A DNA stretch of 63,991 nucleotides, counting the filler, from Nemertoderma westbladi (Eukaryota > Animalia > Xenacoelomorpha): NCBI GenBank assembly GCA_032718475.1. It is 5 parts of 5 records of this genome, joined end to end, with 100 filler letters (N's around TTAATTAATTAA, not from the genome) between each part and the next. Parts side by side here need not be neighbours in the genome. Positions count along the whole stretch, not along the records: positions 58,430 to 63,991 come from JAUCBJ010007980.1; 4 more parts are not named here. The stretch is one strand, 5' to 3'. Within the stretch, counting starts at the first letter, position 1; each line of letters starts with the position of its first letter. Positions 60,141-63,991 of this stretch are shown here, in pieces. Below the pieces are notes generated by a model. That model ran no database searches and was not told where the DNA came from. It saw only the letters and a program-made list of their open reading frames with translations. A program made the translations under genes and the position numbers.

Positions 60141-60479
60141 TATATATTTGTTGGGTTAACTTACCAGCCACCCCATTACAGAATTTCCCCTCTCCTCAAA
60201 CATGGGAACTAGATACTGTAGTTTAAACTACAGTATGTAGGCTATTATAACAGACAATAGAAAGATAGAGGGCTTTTCCTACTGTACCATCCACCTAAGC
60301 GAGCTACTCACTTCCTCACCTCAACGCTGCTGACAACCTTAGCTCCATCCTACTCGCAACCTTAGCACCATCCTACTCGCAACCTTAGAATATCAACAGT
60401 ACGCAGCTACGGCAAACGGTACGGTTGAAGGGGTCTTTACAAAGGTGGTTTGTACCACCTCTACAGTAGTCAACATTGA

Positions 60480-61030
60480 TGATCCACATTGGAGCAGACT
60501 GCCTCTAGTGTTGGTCGTTTTGTTAACTCTACTAATAATACCAAAATGTTGAGAGATAACTTCGACTGCCTTGAGGAAACTTCTAATCGTATAAGCATAA
60601 GCTCCAAGGATGTTGTGCTTGAGCATGTCAATGATTTCTGCTACTTAGGCTCATGGATCCGGAAGTTAGGGGAAGGCATGGGCAGCGTTGAATGGAATAT
60701 CCAGGATTTGAAGGTCACACAGAATTGGATTCTTAGAGCAATAGTACTGTAGAACCAGCACACCTATATCGGAGTCCATGCTGGGCTCTAACCGCCTCCG
60801 TTTTGCAGCACATTGCTTGTGCCGTGAGGATCAGCAATTTGCAATTTTGTGTGCTCTAATGGAGATAATAAGTGTTGTGGACAGCATGACTTTCTTGATA
60901 CAACTCTAAAATGACAACAGCATTGATGTGGATAAGATCTGGATAATGTCAAAACATCATGGGTGATAGGGCATTGTGGTATAGTGGCGGCGCAATTGTG
61001 TTGATAATCCGACATAGCATACTCAATGCG
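60480..61030 (+). mobile_element. Highly decayed RTE-A remnant
   Basis: [16 protein letters not shown] and 3' sequences resembling 36540-37250. Confidence 0.75.
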
Positions 61031-61173
61031 GGATGCTCTTATAGGCCTAGATAGATATATCCCAAAGTTCGAAGCCTTTAATTGAAATGTGAAACAAATC
61101 GGGTAGGAGAATCCGACTTGTTAAATAGTTGTAATAATTATAATATTAAATGAATTAAAACATATTTATTTAA

Positions 61174-62724
61174 ATGGAGATTAAATTGCTTATAATTTAT
61201 ACAGTAGTCGCTATGGAATGTGTTGCTACTAGCAACATGAACAGCGAGGAATCAAATGGCAAATATTGGCGGGAAGAAGGCCAAAAGCTACTAGAACGCC
61301 ACCTATCGGATGTTCCAGTAAATACCAACTTAGCGCGGAACATTATTTTATTCGTAGGGGACGGGTTCGGCGTTTCTACGGCAACCGCAGGACGAATATT
61401 AAAGGGACAAAAACTCGGCCAGCCAGGAGAAGAAACCCAACTAATTTTCGAAAAGTTTCCTTGGACTGTGGCTTTGTCTAAAACTTACAGCATAGACTTT
61501 ATGATACCAGATTCAGCATCAACTGCAACCGCCTTATTCTGCGGTGTCAAAAACAACAATGGAGTTTTGGGATACGATGCTCGCGTGAAAAGGGGACAAT
61601 GCGCGGACAATCGTGAAGATTTTGAGGTAAAGTCTTTGCTGATAAAAGCGTCGCAAAGAGGTAAACGCACCGGGGTTGTTACCAATACACGGATAACACA
61701 CGCCACTCCAGCGGCACTGTATGCAAACATACCGGATAGGGACTGGGAGGCAGACAGTAATATACCTAAAGGAGCTGAAGATTGTCGGGATATAGCCAAA
61801 CAATTAGTGGAGGATCACGAATACATCAACGTGCTGCTAGGGGGCGGTCGCAGGAACTTCAGATCAGAGCCGGAAGGAAGGCGAACCGATGGGATGAATC
61901 TGGTGGATCTCTGGTTGAATAAACACACCAATCGCTCAGCTTACGTCGAAACATCCGACCAACTATCCGCAGTAGACACCTCCAAAACCGACTACCTACT
62001 TGGTCTCTTCACAGAATCGCATCTAACCTACACCACAGAGAAAACGCCGGAAAACACAGAACCGACCCTGAATGACCTGACGCGGACCGCTATAGAGATT
62101 TTATCAAAGGGAGACGACGGATTTTTTCTGATGATCGAAAATGGGTTGATAGATTTGGCACATCATGATGGCATCGCGAACAGAGCGATCCACGAAGTTC
62201 TGGAATTCGACAAGGTTGTAGAAACTGCGTTCGCAATGGTTGATCCTGAGGATACATTACTCATAGTGACCGCAGATCACTCGCACACTTTCAGTATCTC
62301 GGCTCCAACCGCCCGAGGTAACCCCTTGTTCAACGTGGCTACGGAACTTAGTGACACTGACAATAAGACTTACACAACACTCTTGTATGCTACTGGGCCA
62401 GGTTATGTAGGCACAAACGATAGAGCCAACGTGACCAGCCAGGTGAGCAGCAAAAAAGAATACATACAGAGAGCGGCGGTTCCATATTCATACGAACAAC
62501 ATGCTGGAGAGGATGTAGCTGTTTGGTCTCTTGGTCCTTACTCCCAACTCCTGGATGGAGTCGTTGAACAAACGCACATTTCTCATGTCGCTGAATTCGC
62601 TATGTGCATCGGCGACTACTTCGATAAATGTGTGGAAATGGGGCGGACAACTGGTGGATCTCCTGGAATTTCCGTTAATTCAGGACTCATTGTTACTATT
62701 CTCGTCACCTTGATACTTTGTTAG
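61174..62724 (+). CDS. Alkaline phosphatase (metazoan ALP family), single coding exon, signal peptide and GPI-anchor-like tail
   Basis: ILFVGDGFG, PDSASTATA (catalytic Ser), THATPAA, RDWE, IDLAHH, TADHSH, HAGEDV; hydrophobic N- and C-termini. Confidence 0.95.
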   Translation: MEIKLLIIYTVVAMECVATSNMNSEESNGKYWREEGQKLLERHLSDVPVNTNLARNIILFVGDGFGVSTATAGRILKGQKLGQPGEETQLIFEKFPWTVALSKTYSIDFMIPDSASTATALFCGVKNNNGVLGYDARVKRGQCADNREDFEVKSLLIKASQRGKRTGVVTNTRITHATPAALYANIPDRDWEADSNIPKGAEDCRDIAKQLVEDHEYINVLLGGGRRNFRSEPEGRRTDGMNLVDLWLNKHTNRSAYVETSDQLSAVDTSKTDYLLGLFTESHLTYTTEKTPENTEPTLNDLTRTAIEILSKGDDGFFLMIENGLIDLAHHDGIANRAIHEVLEFDKVVETAFAMVDPEDTLLIVTADHSHTFSISAPTARGNPLFNVATELSDTDNKTYTTLLYATGPGYVGTNDRANVTSQVSSKKEYIQRAAVPYSYEQHAGEDVAVWSLGPYSQLLDGVVEQTHISHVAEFAMCIGDYFDKCVEMGRTTGGSPGISVNSGLIVTILVTLILC

Positions 62725-63991
62725 AGAATTAACATCATATGCTGTTCTGTGCATATATTTCATTTAAATCCCTGAAAATTATACAGTAATATGATAGCTA
62801 CAGTATGGTTCATTGGGTGGCCTACCTAATTAACAGTATATCGTTGAATGGTTGAAATATTAGAAGAACCTTCTGATGAAGAATCCAAAAGGCAACATTA
62901 ACTGCAACTGTTCAATGCCCAATGAGAATTACTCATATTTAATATCTCGTTATTTAGATATAGTATGGCCCTGAATATTTTTTATAAACATACGCCCCCA
63001 TGCGGTGCAATTCTGGTACTAATTAAAAGAACTTTAAAAGGAACTAATTCTGGTATTAATTATTATAATAGTGAGACAATAGACCAATTATGTAAAATCG
63101 AATACTAATCAAATCATATACACCATGTCCAAGAATATAGTGTCGTAATTCAGTGACACGCCCACCCCCCCCCCCCCCCCCCCCAAATTTTTCTACAAAT
63201 CTTATGAAATTGCATGAAATTTGAAACAGAGATAGTTTCACCTCCCGGCCACTGACTGGGTGAGCCAGAATTTTTATTTTTGGCTTTCAATCTTTAGTTA
63301 CAAGCGTTTACATAAAGTGTCTCCGGCGATATTACACCAGTTACACCGCTTTATTCTCCTACCTTATAGCTGTTTGTTTGTACCAATGGAAAGCTGTCCA
63401 TGCAAGGATTCTAATGTAGCACAATTTGAATTTCGTTGAAAAATAGCTGAGATATGAGCGTTCAAATGTTGCATGGTTATGTATCTGGGCGAGGCTATTT
63501 TATTCTATTCAATAAATACACCATATTCTGGAACATTTTTTAAATGTATAAATAGCTACATAATAGTATGATTAAAGATGTAGGGCATTTGGATGAGAGT
63601 GTTCTGTTCATGCCATCCTGGTATTGAATTTCCGCATATACATCATTAGCAATCCCTTCATGCAGTTCTGCTTGTTTTGCAGCTTTAAAAGCATCATCAT
63701 TATATACAGTATGAAGTACAGTATCATATATATGCAGTATCATATATGTATTTAGCTATGGAACATTCTGCCTGCAATAGACAGGACAGCCGTCAGCAGA
63801 TGGACTCATGTCATTATCAACTACCCCTTTATTGGATTCAAACATAGATTTGTCATATTCTTTCTGTTCTGCATTCTGGTCAACAATATTATCACCAGTG
63901 GTTGTAGTGTAGTTGAATCTTGATCATTGGAAGAAATGTGAACTCTACTCCTGACCAGCCATTGGTAGATCCTCTGCCTGGTCAGGCCATA

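Overview
Repeat-rich animal (probably invertebrate) genomic DNA, not prokaryotic. Five contigs are joined by artificial N44-TTAATTAATTAA-N44 linkers (14463-14562, 29530-29629, 42598-42697, 58330-58429), so adjacency across linkers is unproven. Host genes: a 3-exon M13/neprilysin-like peptidase (minus), a trypsin-like S1 protease (5 exons seen, catalytic-Ser exon missing), and an intronless GPI-type alkaline phosphatase. The rest is largely mobile DNA: two RTE-like LINE families with (TAG)n tails, tRNA-derived SINEs, MITEs/foldbacks, Helentron-type non-autonomous elements, minisatellites, and a nest of P element > Academ-like element > Sola1, with an RTE also inside the P element. The most unusual signal is two unrelated LTR families that both carry a ~590-aa protein with the same triple zinc-knuckle plus (W/F)ExxAD...RxR...G domain. 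One is a complete 3.8-kb pol-less element with no tRNA primer-binding site but a leader that can fold back onto its own LTR. All family assignments come from motif recognition by eye; no searches were run.
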